Shown piece by piece: positions 18,015 to 29,500 of a stretch of DNA of 57,447 nucleotides. Each line of letters starts with the position of its first letter. Within the stretch, counting starts at the first letter, position 1. Source of the DNA: a virus (lineage: Duplodnaviria > Caudoviricetes); the IMG/VR virus record IMGVR_UViG_3300009702_000029, positions 1 to 57,447 of that record; one strand, 5' to 3'. The translations under genes were made by a program, and so were the position numbers. The notes beneath the pieces were generated by a model. The model worked only from the letters and a program-made list of their open reading frames with translations, had not been told where the DNA came from and did not search any database.

Positions 18015-20197
18015 TGCCTATAGAAAAGAAATTAAAACTCATAGCAGAATTAGATGATCGAAAGATTAAACGTCAAATTGCGAGTCTTAAGAAAGAACTT
18101 AAAGGACTTACAATTAAAGGTCAAGATTTATCTGGATTCTCTAAATCTACTGCAACTCTTAAAGAGGCAGCCAAAGAACTTCGTAAGGCTATTAGAGAAC
18201 TCAAGGGAGTATCTCCAAGAAATATCACTATGGCCGCAGGTATGGGGCGAAGTTCAGGAATCCCCGGAGTTACAGGTAGAAATGGAGCATCTGCAGGATT
18301 TATCACAGATCTTAAAACTGGTCGAGAGTTTAAAACCAGAGAAGCTTTTGAAAAGCGAATGTCAATTGAAAGGCATCAAGATCAAAAAAAAGCCTTACGT
18401 GCTGCACAAATATCAAATAATAGAATAGAAGCAGCTAAAACTAAAGCTATACATGCTGAAAGCCAAAATAGAAGAAAAAGTCTTAAAAAAGAATTAAGTA
18501 TAAGAGAGCGCGGAACCAAGAATATAATGGTCGCAACTTTGCGTCAAGCAGGTGTTGGCCTTCCTCAGGGCAGAGTTATTACAGAAGCTGCTAGTTCCAA
18601 ATTAGAAGGAGGATTTACTGGATTAGGTCGTGGAATACGTAGAAGTGCTTATCGAGGTCTACGTGGAATGGGATTAGGTGCTGGAGCAACTAGGGGCGTT
18701 CTTGGAGCTGTGGGAAATATAGCAGGAGCATTAGGTGTAGCAGGAGCGGCTGTAGGTGCTGTAGGATTAGTAGCAAATCGTATTGCAGCCGATGCCGCAG
18801 CACAAAGAGAATCAAGACAACTTCAAGCTAAACAAAGACAAGAAAATACACAGGATCTAATAGCGGGTAAAGGTCTTGAAACTAGAATTAGACAGCAAGC
18901 AAGATTAAATACGAAAGGAGATATTTCAGCTGGAATTGGAAAAACTGTATCTGATTTATTTAGTCTTAAACTTGGTTCTGTATTTTCTGGGGCATCTTAT
19001 AGAGCTGGAAAACTAGGAGCACAACAGGAAGAGATCAATACACAACTAATTGAAACTGCTGATACTAGAGCAGCAAGAGATCGTGCCAGAGCTTTAAGAG
19101 GTTCTAGAGTAACTGCTTTAAGAGGAAGTAATTTAGGCCCCACTGGAGGGGAATTCCTTACAGCATTACAAAATTCGGGTGCAACTAGAGGATTCTCAGC
19201 AGAACAAACATTACAACAATTTACACAGGCTCGTAAAGCCGTGGGAACAAATATGGCAAGAACTGGTCTTGGATTAATGCAAAATCTTACAAATCGCACG
19301 GGTATAGGCATTGGAGAGCAGGCAAAAGCAATGGAAGCCTTTACTGGCGCTTCTCGTGGACCTGGAAGAGCGGTATCTCCTAAGAAATTAGAAGAAATAC
19401 TGAAAAAGGGAGTTGCAGGCGGAGTTCAGGCTAGTAAGTTAGATCAATATTTAAAAACAACTGCAGATTATGTGACTCAAACTCAAGGCTTTGGACAAGT
19501 GGATGTGAGTAGAATGACAAGTAATATTGCACGATTTTCATCAGGATTTGCAGGTGGCGGTCCAGTAACTCAACAAAACTTAAATCAAGCTCAAAGAATG
19601 CAAACTATGCTTACGGGGGAATCCACAGGTATGGGCGGATTAGCCGGAATAGGTAATCTTCAGGCTACTCAAGGATTAATGAAAAGAACTGGAGTAACTG
19701 ATCCTGCAGCATTTTTAGCTTTAATGAGATCAGATGTTAATGCCTCCCCGGAAGAAATAAGAAAAACTTTGAAAAGAAGCGGAGCTACAGGGAATGATAC
19801 TGAACTACTTGAGCAATCTAAAAGATTTTTAAGAGATAAAAATGCCACTTTAAAATCAGGGGCTACAATGGCAGCAGGAGGAAATGAACTTATGGGTCAA
19901 GTTCTTTCATCTATGGAAAGAAATATTTCTTTTAATCAACAAGGCGGAATGAATGCAGCTTATAATGGAAAATTAAGTTCTAATCCAAATTTGCCAAAGG
20001 GACCAAGTGGGATAGATTTCAAAAGTATTAGTAACGAGTTTAAAGGACAACAAATTGAGTTTACTGCTGGACTCAAAGTAATGGCAGAAGATAGTGTTAA
20101 TGCCAGTGAAAATTTAAAGGCATTAACTAAACAATTAGAAGTTTCAGTAAAAACTCTTGAGAAATACAACACCAAAATTAAATTGAGAACTAAATAA
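18014..20197 (+). CDS. Tape measure protein
   Basis: Helical, Ala/Gly-rich, basic 727-aa ORF after the chaperones and before the baseplate hub. Confidence 0.75.
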   Translation: MPIEKKLKLIAELDDRKIKRQIASLKKELKGLTIKGQDLSGFSKSTATLKEAAKELRKAIRELKGVSPRNITMAAGMGRSSGIPGVTGRNGASAGFITDLKTGREFKTREAFEKRMSIERHQDQKKALRAAQISNNRIEAAKTKAIHAESQNRRKSLKKELSIRERGTKNIMVATLRQAGVGLPQGRVITEAASSKLEGGFTGLGRGIRRSAYRGLRGMGLGAGATRGVLGAVGNIAGALGVAGAAVGAVGLVANRIAADAAAQRESRQLQAKQRQENTQDLIAGKGLETRIRQQARLNTKGDISAGIGKTVSDLFSLKLGSVFSGASYRAGKLGAQQEEINTQLIETADTRAARDRARALRGSRVTALRGSNLGPTGGEFLTALQNSGATRGFSAEQTLQQFTQARKAVGTNMARTGLGLMQNLTNRTGIGIGEQAKAMEAFTGASRGPGRAVSPKKLEEILKKGVAGGVQASKLDQYLKTTADYVTQTQGFGQVDVSRMTSNIARFSSGFAGGGPVTQQNLNQAQRMQTMLTGESTGMGGLAGIGNLQATQGLMKRTGVTDPAAFLALMRSDVNASPEEIRKTLKRSGATGNDTELLEQSKRFLRDKNATLKSGATMAAGGNELMGQVLSSMERNISFNQQGGMNAAYNGKLSSNPNLPKGPSGIDFKSISNEFKGQQIEFTAGLKVMAEDSVNASENLKALTKQLEVSVKTLEKYNTKIKLRTK

Positions 20198-21969
20198 TGG
20201 CAGGCAATAAGCTTCCTAATAAAATAAGAACTAGAAGTGGCAAGCAAAATGTCTCTTCAATTACTAATTCACAAAGGTCAGTTTGTAATGTTGCAATTTA
20301 TAGATGGGATGATACAGATATTACTAAACTCAATGCCTTAGATGCAGTAAGTGAGAAAGGATATTCGGGCCAAGGCGAAGGAGCTACTACAGGTAATTTT
20401 AGAGAACGAAAAAGAATTGTAATCACTAATGATGTAATTAGGGCTAATATAACTAAAAATAAATCCACCAATGCTGGACAATTTTCTCTTACACTTAAAC
20501 GAGGTAAAAGGAGAGTTGGAGGAGTAGTTCAATTTGATGATATTGATTATTTAAGTTCAGTACATGAGGGCGATTGGATTATGATCTATATCAAAAAGGG
20601 CGGAACAATAGATATAAATAGCACAAAATCTAATAGTGGTTTTAAGATGCTTGGAATGATCCAAAATGTAAGATATATAGAAGTAGACGATGAAAAGACT
20701 GGGAAACCTAGACTTGAATATCTTATTACAGGACAAGATTTTGGATCAGTATTTGATATGAGTATTTTCTTTAATCCACTTTTAAATCAAAAATCTGCGT
20801 CAACTTTATTAGGAGCAAATTTTCTAGTAGATTCTATTAAAAGTTTAAAAGGAGCTGAGCGTGGAGTTTTTAAAGGACTTACTCCAGATGATTTGATATC
20901 TAAGTTAGTAGGATTTTATTTAGGTGGAACAAAAGGCAAATCTAATCTGGATGCATTAAATTCTACTAATCAAGATTGGTATATACCTCCAGAGCTTGCT
21001 AAACAATTTGGTAAAAATATTAAAAGAAATAAGACTTTAGGAGTATCTTTTATAGATATTTTAGAATTAGGAAAAATAGGACTTCATAATTATGGAAGAA
21101 ATGGAAAATTACCAGATCAAAGTAAACTTCCTCAACTTCCTGGAGGAACTTTTATTACATCTCTTCCTTCATCAGGAACAGTTTGGGAAGTTCTTCAAAA
21201 TTTTCAAAATAGAATTGCAAATGAGATGTACACAGAATTAACAGTAGATTCTAATGGTAATTTAAATCCATCAATAATATTACGGCAAGTTCCATTTTCT
21301 AATCATAAGAATCATGAAACAAATCCTTATACAATTGCAAGAAATAAATATAAAGAAAGTATAGATCCCCCAGTACCTCAAGCTGTGATAAAAACAAAAA
21401 CATATTTTACTAATTTACCTAAACATGAAATATTAAGTTCAAGTATAAAAGAAAAGAATATTGGAAAAAGTTCTCATGAGAGAATCAATCATGTAGTTAT
21501 TGTGCCTAAACTTGGAGGAGATCCTCTTAATGTTGCATATAAAGCTATCATTAATACTCCTTCAATTCAAAGATATGGATTAAAAAGTTTTCAGGGACAA
21601 TCTAATTTTGTATTAGATAAAGATTTGGGAGATCCCGCTAGTGCTGCAGAATTTTTTGCAGGTTTAATAGTGGATTGGTTTTTCTTATCACATCAGCTTT
21701 ATAATGGAACAATTATTATTGAAGGGCAGGACGAGCATTTTGAAATAGGTAATAATCTTTATATTACTGATATTCAGCAGTTATTTCATATTGAAGGATA
21801 TACTCATCTTTATGAAAATAGGGCGGACGGCTCAACAGAGTATACAACGGAATTTATCGTATCTCGTGGTCAATTTTTTGATGGATCAGTAGCAAAGTTC
21901 ATAGGTCCATCCAGCAAACAACAAGAACCTACTACAATTACAACTAGTGTTCTTGAAGGAATTAGATAA
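20197..21969 (+). CDS. Baseplate hub protein
   Basis: K.....GQFSLTL, GDWI.I, ITGQDFG, SIQRYGL, YNGTI.I.G...IG, FHIEG..H patterns typical of myophage hubs; synteny. Confidence 0.7.
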   Translation: MAGNKLPNKIRTRSGKQNVSSITNSQRSVCNVAIYRWDDTDITKLNALDAVSEKGYSGQGEGATTGNFRERKRIVITNDVIRANITKNKSTNAGQFSLTLKRGKRRVGGVVQFDDIDYLSSVHEGDWIMIYIKKGGTIDINSTKSNSGFKMLGMIQNVRYIEVDDEKTGKPRLEYLITGQDFGSVFDMSIFFNPLLNQKSASTLLGANFLVDSIKSLKGAERGVFKGLTPDDLISKLVGFYLGGTKGKSNLDALNSTNQDWYIPPELAKQFGKNIKRNKTLGVSFIDILELGKIGLHNYGRNGKLPDQSKLPQLPGGTFITSLPSSGTVWEVLQNFQNRIANEMYTELTVDSNGNLNPSIILRQVPFSNHKNHETNPYTIARNKYKESIDPPVPQAVIKTKTYFTNLPKHEILSSSIKEKNIGKSSHERINHVVIVPKLGGDPLNVAYKAIINTPSIQRYGLKSFQGQSNFVLDKDLGDPASAAEFFAGLIVDWFFLSHQLYNGTIIIEGQDEHFEIGNNLYITDIQQLFHIEGYTHLYENRADGSTEYTTEFIVSRGQFFDGSVAKFIGPSSKQQEPTTITTSVLEGIR

Positions 21970-23039
21970 TGGGCAAGAATTTATCAGACGGTTCTGTAAT
22001 TAGTTCATTTTTTGATGTAGAAAATCAGATGGATACGGGAACTAAAGATGAATTTAAAATCATTGAAGGACAGATTTTAAAAATTCATTTTGTAGATGAT
22101 ATATCAAATCGCAGTAAAGTATATGTTGAATATGATGTTCTTGCTCGTGACGCACATGGATCTGCGTCAACTTACCAAAATTGTAAAAATATTATGGATT
22201 TTGGAGGAAGTAATAATTATACAGAATGTGTGCTTGAAGCTAATGAGGCCGCACTTCAAGGTAAATTAACCACCGCAAATTTTGCATCTAATATGAATGG
22301 CACATTAGTAAAATTAGCCTTTTTAGAAAATTTAGATAGACCTATTATTATTGGTGGAGAAATTCATAAAAGAATAGGTGGAGCAACCCGGAAAGATGGA
22401 ATTAGGCAACTTAGTGAGTTTAATGGAATTAAGACGGAAATCAATAAAGATGGCGAATTTATCATTACAGCTATAGGTCCTAAGTCGTCAGATGGAAAAC
22501 TATTAAGAAAGGACACTGGACCTACTTCTATTAAGATTGATAAAAAGGGTGATTTTGAATTTAAACAAGAGAAGAATGGAAATATTCTTAATTCTGAAAA
22601 ATTCGAAAGAGATGTAAAAAAAGTCACTAGAAATATTGGAACTCTTGGAGAAATTTGGGATGGAATCGCTGATAAAAAGTCTTTTACAACTGAGGGAGGA
22701 CTTACTATTGAATATAATGGGGCATCTGATAAAGTTACGTACACTACTTCAGGAGGTGCTGTAGTCACTATCAATGGAGGAGGTGATATAACTTTAGATT
22801 TTAATGGAACATTAATTAAAATTAGCGCAGGAAAAATAGAATTAACAGGAGCAGCAGTAGATGTTGGAGAGGCTGCATCAGCATTAGCTGCCCTAGGCCC
22901 CCAGTTAGTATCTTGGGCCGCATCTCATACACATTTGCATCCTACACCACTACATGTTGCAGGCTCTGCACCTACATCTCCTCCAGTAGTTCCACCTCCA
23001 GCATCCGTATTAAGTACAAGTGTAAAGATTAAACCATAG
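21969..23039 (+). CDS. Baseplate central spike (gpV/gp5-like)
   Basis: N-terminal OB-fold-like region (PIIIGG), beta-helix repeats, C-terminal HTH(LH) metal-binding tip. Confidence 0.75.
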   Translation: MGKNLSDGSVISSFFDVENQMDTGTKDEFKIIEGQILKIHFVDDISNRSKVYVEYDVLARDAHGSASTYQNCKNIMDFGGSNNYTECVLEANEAALQGKLTTANFASNMNGTLVKLAFLENLDRPIIIGGEIHKRIGGATRKDGIRQLSEFNGIKTEINKDGEFIITAIGPKSSDGKLLRKDTGPTSIKIDKKGDFEFKQEKNGNILNSEKFERDVKKVTRNIGTLGEIWDGIADKKSFTTEGGLTIEYNGASDKVTYTTSGGAVVTINGGGDITLDFNGTLIKISAGKIELTGAAVDVGEAASALAALGPQLVSWAASHTHLHPTPLHVAGSAPTSPPVVPPPASVLSTSVKIKP

Positions 23040-23047
23040 AGTAAATA

Positions 23048-24277
23048 ATGGCTAAACCAACATTAACATCAAGTCAAATTGCAGCAATTCAATTAGAGGT
23101 CACAAATAAAACGACTCAACAAACCGCGCTTCAAGATACAGCTGCACTTCAAGATCCAGTTATCACAAATAAACAGGAGGTTGATAATGCATTTGGAGCT
23201 TTGTTTAATTACTACAATACTGATATAATTGGACCTTATGATGATGAAAGGAAAGCTATTAGTGGAGTATTTGTTATTAGCCCTGTGACTGAGTCTGATA
23301 TACTTGCAGTGGGAGGTAACCCATCATCTGGACGTTTAGTGCCCACGCCTCCTGCAACTGATATTGTAAGAATTAATGAATTTGATGCAGGTGGATATAC
23401 GGGAACAACATTATTAAATGAGCAAGAACATATTTCAGAACAGGCTACTGCAGAAGATCAACTTAAAAATGGAATTTCTGGAAATTCACCAACTGTAAAT
23501 GCTTCTACATTAACAGATTCAGCTTTGACCGCAGCATCAGTTTCTTTAGATATTAAAGATACAGTTGCTCAGCCCTCTTTTTCCATCAATGATGTATTTT
23601 TAGTAGTTAATGGTGGAAGTGATGTGGCAGTAGTTCAAGTAGATTCAGTAGTAGATAATACAGCTATCCCTTCAATGCCGCCATTTTTATTTACTCTTGG
23701 AATAACTATTTTAATTCCTCCAATAGGAACAATTGCTATTGGATCAAATTTATCAAATTCATTTTCTGGGTTTACAAATGGAGAAAGAATATCTAAAATT
23801 GCTTCAGATTCAAATCTTCAACCTTTGATGAATAGTCTTATTACACAACTTGAAACTGCCATGCAAGCTAGACAGTCGCGTATTGCAGAAATGTTAGCAG
23901 CTCTTGCAGTCAACGACGATCCAGATGGAGTCGCTCAGATAAATACAGCCACGACAAATGCAAATACAGCAGACTCATTTATAACAGCGTACTTAATAGG
24001 TACAGACGTATCAGATACAGGTTTAGCCTCCCTATCTACTGAACGGGGAACTAGAACTACAGAACTAAGTGCTAGACTTGCAGAGATTCTTGCCAACTAT
24101 ACTGGTCAGACAGAGAATTATTATGATTCTAGATATAATGCCGCCAATGATAGGGGAAGCACTTCTCGCGGAACTCTTAGAGAATTAGAAAATGCAAAAT
24201 CAGTTAAGACTGATATGCAAGGTTTGGCAGATGGGCTACAAAATAGCATTAATTCTTTAAATGGTATTTTGCCTTAA
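23048..24277 (+). CDS. Hypothetical baseplate/tail protein
   Basis: 409 aa; coiled-coil termini around a beta-rich insert; in the baseplate cluster. Confidence 0.55.
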   Translation: MAKPTLTSSQIAAIQLEVTNKTTQQTALQDTAALQDPVITNKQEVDNAFGALFNYYNTDIIGPYDDERKAISGVFVISPVTESDILAVGGNPSSGRLVPTPPATDIVRINEFDAGGYTGTTLLNEQEHISEQATAEDQLKNGISGNSPTVNASTLTDSALTAASVSLDIKDTVAQPSFSINDVFLVVNGGSDVAVVQVDSVVDNTAIPSMPPFLFTLGITILIPPIGTIAIGSNLSNSFSGFTNGERISKIASDSNLQPLMNSLITQLETAMQARQSRIAEMLAALAVNDDPDGVAQINTATTNANTADSFITAYLIGTDVSDTGLASLSTERGTRTTELSARLAEILANYTGQTENYYDSRYNAANDRGSTSRGTLRELENAKSVKTDMQGLADGLQNSINSLNGILP

Positions 24278-24282
24278 AACGA

Positions 24283-24291
24283 TGATATAAT
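24283..24291 (+). promoter_or_regulatory. Extended -10 promoter TGATATAAT
   Basis: Consensus motif in a short intergenic gap. Confidence 0.6.
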
Positions 24292-24316
24292 TGAAGGAAA
24301 AGGATAAATAAATAAA

Positions 24317-26104
24317 ATGGCAATCGGCATAGGAAATCTTGGCAATATTGTTGAAGATTTTACCAATTCACTCAATCAAATCTTTGGTGGAAAGGGCTCC
24401 AATGGTTCCGAAAAGGGAGCAGCTACGGGAGATCTCTTTAATACCCGAGTAGGTGGGAGCACGAAACTTGATCAAAATAAGTGGATTGGAAATGCTGGAA
24501 CTAATAAGCGAAAAGTAAGATATGGATTTGCAACCCTAAGATTAGAACAAATTACTTCTGGAGAAGGTATAATTATCTCTGCTGATGGTAAGTCAGATAC
24601 ATTATCAAAAGTCTCTGCAACTTATTACTTAGATCTTCCTCCTCAAGCTATCCAACAAAGAGAAGTTTTCTCCAATAATATTACTGCGACACGCAAGGGA
24701 GTTATTGTTGAGTCTGAAGGTGTAGTCTTTCGAGACATCATTCTACAAGGTACTACGGGCATCATGCCAAGTCGTAGAGGTGAATCAAATACCCCACAAT
24801 CAAATTTATTTACAAAGCCCACGCAAGCCCCTACAGCTCCTCAGGGAGTTGATCCAGAGACTGGCCGTTCTCGTCATCCTAATTCTAAAGTTATATCAGG
24901 ATATGAGGAGTTCTTGCGCTTACGTCAATTCTTTTTAAAATATGCAGCAGATAAAGTTGAAACTGATGGAAATTTATTTCTAATATTTATTAATGAGAAA
25001 GACAATCAGAGTCTAATTGTTGAACCTCTAGATTTTACTATGTCTAGAGATACTAAATCTCCCCTCACGTATAATTATAAGATAACCCTTAAAGGAATTG
25101 GGGATCTTAGTGCAGCATTCCAAGGAACAGAATCTAAAAAGGGTCGTGGAGGATTGTTAGGATTTCTTGAGGATGTAGGTAATGTTTCGGCCAACGTCTC
25201 AGCAACCATTCAGCAAGGGAGGGCTACTTTTAATCAGTCTATTAGGCTTTTAACCCGTATTTCTCAATCAGTTGACCAGACCATCAATGGCCCTCTCAGA
25301 CAGGCCCAGTTCGCCACAGAGGACATCCGGGATGGGGTGGCCACAGTATTGGCTTTACCTGAAATATTGGTCAGAAACACGAATGATACAATCCTAGGCA
25401 TACGTGAGAACATTAACAACATTGGAGCTTCTTTGGGGCTAGGAGCTATAGGGAACTCTGTTACTCCAGTAAAACCAAAACCGGGGGAAACCTTACCCGC
25501 AGGCACAGAAACAGACAGAGAACAGATTTCTCAAAACTTCTCTACAACTCGAGATGTACTCAATCGGATTGAAAATGACGAATCAGTTCCAATTCCCAGG
25601 GCCTCTATGGAAGCAACGCGTAATAAGCTCGAAGATATAAGTGATAATTTAGCCGATTTTGTAGGGCTAGGAGATCCAGTTTATGATAGTATAAAGGGGA
25701 GGGTTTCTACAATAGAGCCAGATCCTCTTAAAATTGTAAGTGATGATGAATATTTATTAATGGGACAGTTATTAAAAGTTCAAGAAGCCCTCAATTTGAC
25801 TTTAGCCTCTAACGCATTGTTTCAACAAGATGCAGATATTGCCTTTGAAAATGCATCTAGCGAATTTCAAAATCCAGATGTACCAGAGGATCAACATATT
25901 ACTATTACTAAGCCGACGTCCGTCCGAGAAGTTCGAATTTTACAAAACGATACACTCGAAAGGATAGCTCAGCGAGAATATGGTAATGCACTAAGATGGC
26001 TTGATATTGTAGTACTTAATGGTCTAAAACCTCCTTATATCGCCTCCGAAGGTGGAGATAGTGTTAAAAAGCCTGGAGAAATTATTTTAGTAGGAGTTAA
26101 TTAA
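24317..26104 (+). CDS. Baseplate/tail tube initiator protein with C-terminal LysM domain
   Basis: I.LQGTTG, P..F.M.R....PLTY.Y.I.L; C-terminal QNDTLERIAQREYGNALRWLDI..LN.L LysM. Confidence 0.75.
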   Translation: MAIGIGNLGNIVEDFTNSLNQIFGGKGSNGSEKGAATGDLFNTRVGGSTKLDQNKWIGNAGTNKRKVRYGFATLRLEQITSGEGIIISADGKSDTLSKVSATYYLDLPPQAIQQREVFSNNITATRKGVIVESEGVVFRDIILQGTTGIMPSRRGESNTPQSNLFTKPTQAPTAPQGVDPETGRSRHPNSKVISGYEEFLRLRQFFLKYAADKVETDGNLFLIFINEKDNQSLIVEPLDFTMSRDTKSPLTYNYKITLKGIGDLSAAFQGTESKKGRGGLLGFLEDVGNVSANVSATIQQGRATFNQSIRLLTRISQSVDQTINGPLRQAQFATEDIRDGVATVLALPEILVRNTNDTILGIRENINNIGASLGLGAIGNSVTPVKPKPGETLPAGTETDREQISQNFSTTRDVLNRIENDESVPIPRASMEATRNKLEDISDNLADFVGLGDPVYDSIKGRVSTIEPDPLKIVSDDEYLLMGQLLKVQEALNLTLASNALFQQDADIAFENASSEFQNPDVPEDQHITITKPTSVREVRILQNDTLERIAQREYGNALRWLDIVVLNGLKPPYIASEGGDSVKKPGEIILVGVN

Positions 26105-26526
26105 TGGCAACTATTAGAAAACAAGATTCCACAATCACAAAGGGACTTAGTGAAGTTGAAAAGAATATAGGAGTTGATTTAAAATTAACTAAGGAGAATG
26201 ATCTTGAGTTAACAAATCTTAATGATTTTAAATTAATAGTAGGAGGAGAGAATGCAGCTCAAGCAGTTAAAACTAGATTATTTACAGAGCCGGGAGGTTT
26301 ATTATTACATCCCGGACTTGGAACAGATATGCAAATTGGAGAAAAGACTTCTAATGCATTTTTGATTCAGACTCAAATTATCAAATCTTTAAGTCAAGAT
26401 CCTAGATTTGAAAATGTAAATGCATCGGTAAGTGTCACAGGCAATACTATTTTTGTTAATTTATCAGTTGGAATTGTAAAAACAGGATTACAAGTTCCAT
26501 TAAAGTTTGCGGTTGAAGGACAATAA
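26104..26526 (+). CDS. Baseplate wedge protein (gp25/gpW-like)
   Basis: G.DL...D...G.EN..QA...RL.TE.G.L..HP..G...I...L.QDPR. Confidence 0.85.
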   Translation: MATIRKQDSTITKGLSEVEKNIGVDLKLTKENDLELTNLNDFKLIVGGENAAQAVKTRLFTEPGGLLLHPGLGTDMQIGEKTSNAFLIQTQIIKSLSQDPRFENVNASVSVTGNTIFVNLSVGIVKTGLQVPLKFAVEGQ

Positions 26527-26527
26527 T

Positions 26528-29500
26528 ATGGCTCAATTAGAACTAAAATCACTACAACAACTTGTAACAGCCATGGTCGCTAAAATGTCGGCAGAAACTC
26601 CTTTAAGCGATTTCAATGATGGATCAGTTTCACTTACTCTTCTTGAAACTGCAGCCGTGGAAGATTTTCAACAATATGTACAAATGCTTAATATTATTCG
26701 TAACTACAATTTAGATACGACTGAAGAAGGAGATCTTGATAAAAGAGCCGCTGAATATGGATTAACTAGACTTCAACCTCTGTCTCATAGCGGTTTAGTT
26801 AATATTGGGGATTCACGATTCACAAAGATTTCGACAAAGATCTATGCAGGACTTCCAGGCCCAACTGCCGGGAGTACTGTAGTTAATGTAGATGATGCCT
26901 CGGGGTTCCCAAGTACAGGCAGCATCTATCTTGGAAGAGGGACTACAAATTCAGAAGGTCCAATAACATATTCAGCAGCCCCCATCGATAATACTTCATT
27001 TTGGACTATTACTTTAGATGTTGCATTAGTCAATGATCATGGAACAGATGAAACCATTGTATTATCTCAATTTGGAGATAGAGTAATTACAGCTGGAACT
27101 GAAGTAGAGATTCCAGAGAATGATGTAAGTGATCAAGTTCTTTTTGAAATTAATCAGACTTTTACTATTTTAGATGGAGAAGATCTTGTAGAAAATGTGC
27201 TTGTTACAGCCTTAGATCCAGGGGGATTTAGTGTTCCTGCTAAATCTATTGTTACATTTCCTAATATTCCTTTTTTAGGAGCTACAGTATCAAATCCACT
27301 TCCCTTTGTTAATGGACGAGATGAAGAGACTGATCAAAAACTTCGAGATCGAATTAGACGAACTATTCAATCCTTATCTCGTGGAACTAAAGAATCAATT
27401 GCAAATGGGATTATTGGCCTAATTAATGAAGAGACTAACCAGTCTGTAGTATCTGCAAGCATTATTCCTCCAGTAATATTGGCTGATGGGCCGACCCAAG
27501 TATTTATCGATAACGGTAGAGGATTAGAACCCACACTTGCTGCAACGGGACTTGAAAGTATTCTATCTACTGCTACCGGAGGCGAACAATTTTTTCAACT
27601 TGAAAATTTTCCAATTGCAAAAGCAAATTTAATTTCTCAAAATATTCAGCCATTTGCATTATCTGGAACTGAAACATTAATTTTTAAAGTGGGAACTAAT
27701 GAGGAAACTTTTACATTTTTAGCAACTGATTTTGATATTCCAGGAAAAGCCGCAGCAACTGAGATTTCTGAAGCCATCAATAATAGGTCAGTTTTGATTG
27801 AAGCCAGGACAATTACGGATGCAGATGGGTCCAAAGTAATTGTAAATCCTAGAACTAGTTCAAATGAAAATTTAATTATCGACAGTGCCTCAACAGCTAA
27901 TATAGTAATGAACTTTTCTACCAAAGAAGTAGCTACATTAAAATTATATAAAGATGATAAATTATTAATTAAAGATGGACTTACAGCTTCTGTATTATCT
28001 GAAGCTCAGCCATTTAATATGACTACTACATCAGTAGCTACCACTGATGGAGATATTACTGTAACTGCGGCATCAAGAATCATCACTAAAACTGTTGCTG
28101 GATCAGAACCGTTAAAACAATTCATTCATCCAGGAGATTATGTTAAATTTGATGCAGATGCAGATACAGCTTTTGTTAAAGTTAGGACAGTAGTTTCTGA
28201 TACTAAAATTATATTAGAAGAAGCCTATAGTTCGAGCGGCGGTGGATTAGGTGATATTATTATTTGGAATTCTCCTCAATTAGAAATTGCAGCTAATGGA
28301 GATATTGAAGAAACTGAAATAGTAAGTTTTGGGCCAAATGACTTTGCTAATGAAGCTCAGGCATTAGCTTCAGAAGTTCTTGTAAGAATTCAATTAGAAG
28401 TTCAACTCTCAAAATCAGAACTTGCAGTAAATAACACAAAAGTTAAGATTATTTCTGAAAAAGAAAATAGCAGTAATTCTAAAATGCAAATTGCAGGAGG
28501 CGCAGGAGCCTTAGCTATGGGATTTTGTTCTGTATCTTCTTTAACTGGAACTATAAGTGCCGTAGGTGGGGATAAAATTATTTCAGGAACTGGCACTTTA
28601 TTTTTAACTGAGCTTCAAGAGGGCCAATGGATTAAAGCTGATGCTGATGGAAATGGATCTTGGACTAAAATTGAATCTATCGAAGATAATACAACTTTGT
28701 ATCTTACAGAAGGATATCGCGGTAAAGATAGAACAACCGTTGTTGCTAGTTTAACTTCTTTTGGAGTTTTAGCAGAAGGAGCAGATAAGGATTATATTTT
28801 AAATAGATCTAATGGTCAGATTGAACTTAATGATCCTTTAGTAGCTGGTGATAGTCTAACTGCGGGGTCAGTTAATACTAGAGCCTTTGTAGACTCTCTT
28901 CCAGAAACATATGATTTTGATAGTTTAGGTGCAACTTCAGATTTAATTGTATGTGTTGATGGTGGATTCAAAGGCACAGTAACTACGGGAGACGCCGTTG
29001 CCCCTTATGAAAATTTCTTTGATTCTTCAATTATTAATTTTGGAACAAACTTTTTTGTGGGATTTTATTTAGAATGGATCACAGGAAATAATATTGGAGA
29101 TACTAGCTTTGTATCTGCTTATAATACCACAACTGGAGAATTTACAACTGTAACTAATTTTACAAATCCTATCGTTGCAGGTGATAAGTTTATTATGTGT
29201 CAGATTATTGATTTTGTTAATGCATCAGATTTTGCAGATTCAAAAAATGCAACAGTTCAAGAAGTCATCGATGCAGTTAATGCACAGATTTTAGGAGGAA
29301 AGGCTGAAATTCTTACTATAAATAACTCTATTAGAGTTCGAACTAGTAATTTTGCTGAAGAAGGTGCTATTCAAATTAAAGGTGGAACAGCTAATCCAAT
29401 TCTAGGCTTTAGTGAACTTCAACAAACTAATCAATTAACTAATATTGCAAATATAGTATCTCAAAATTCAGATAGAAATGGAAATCCTGCAGCACTAGGA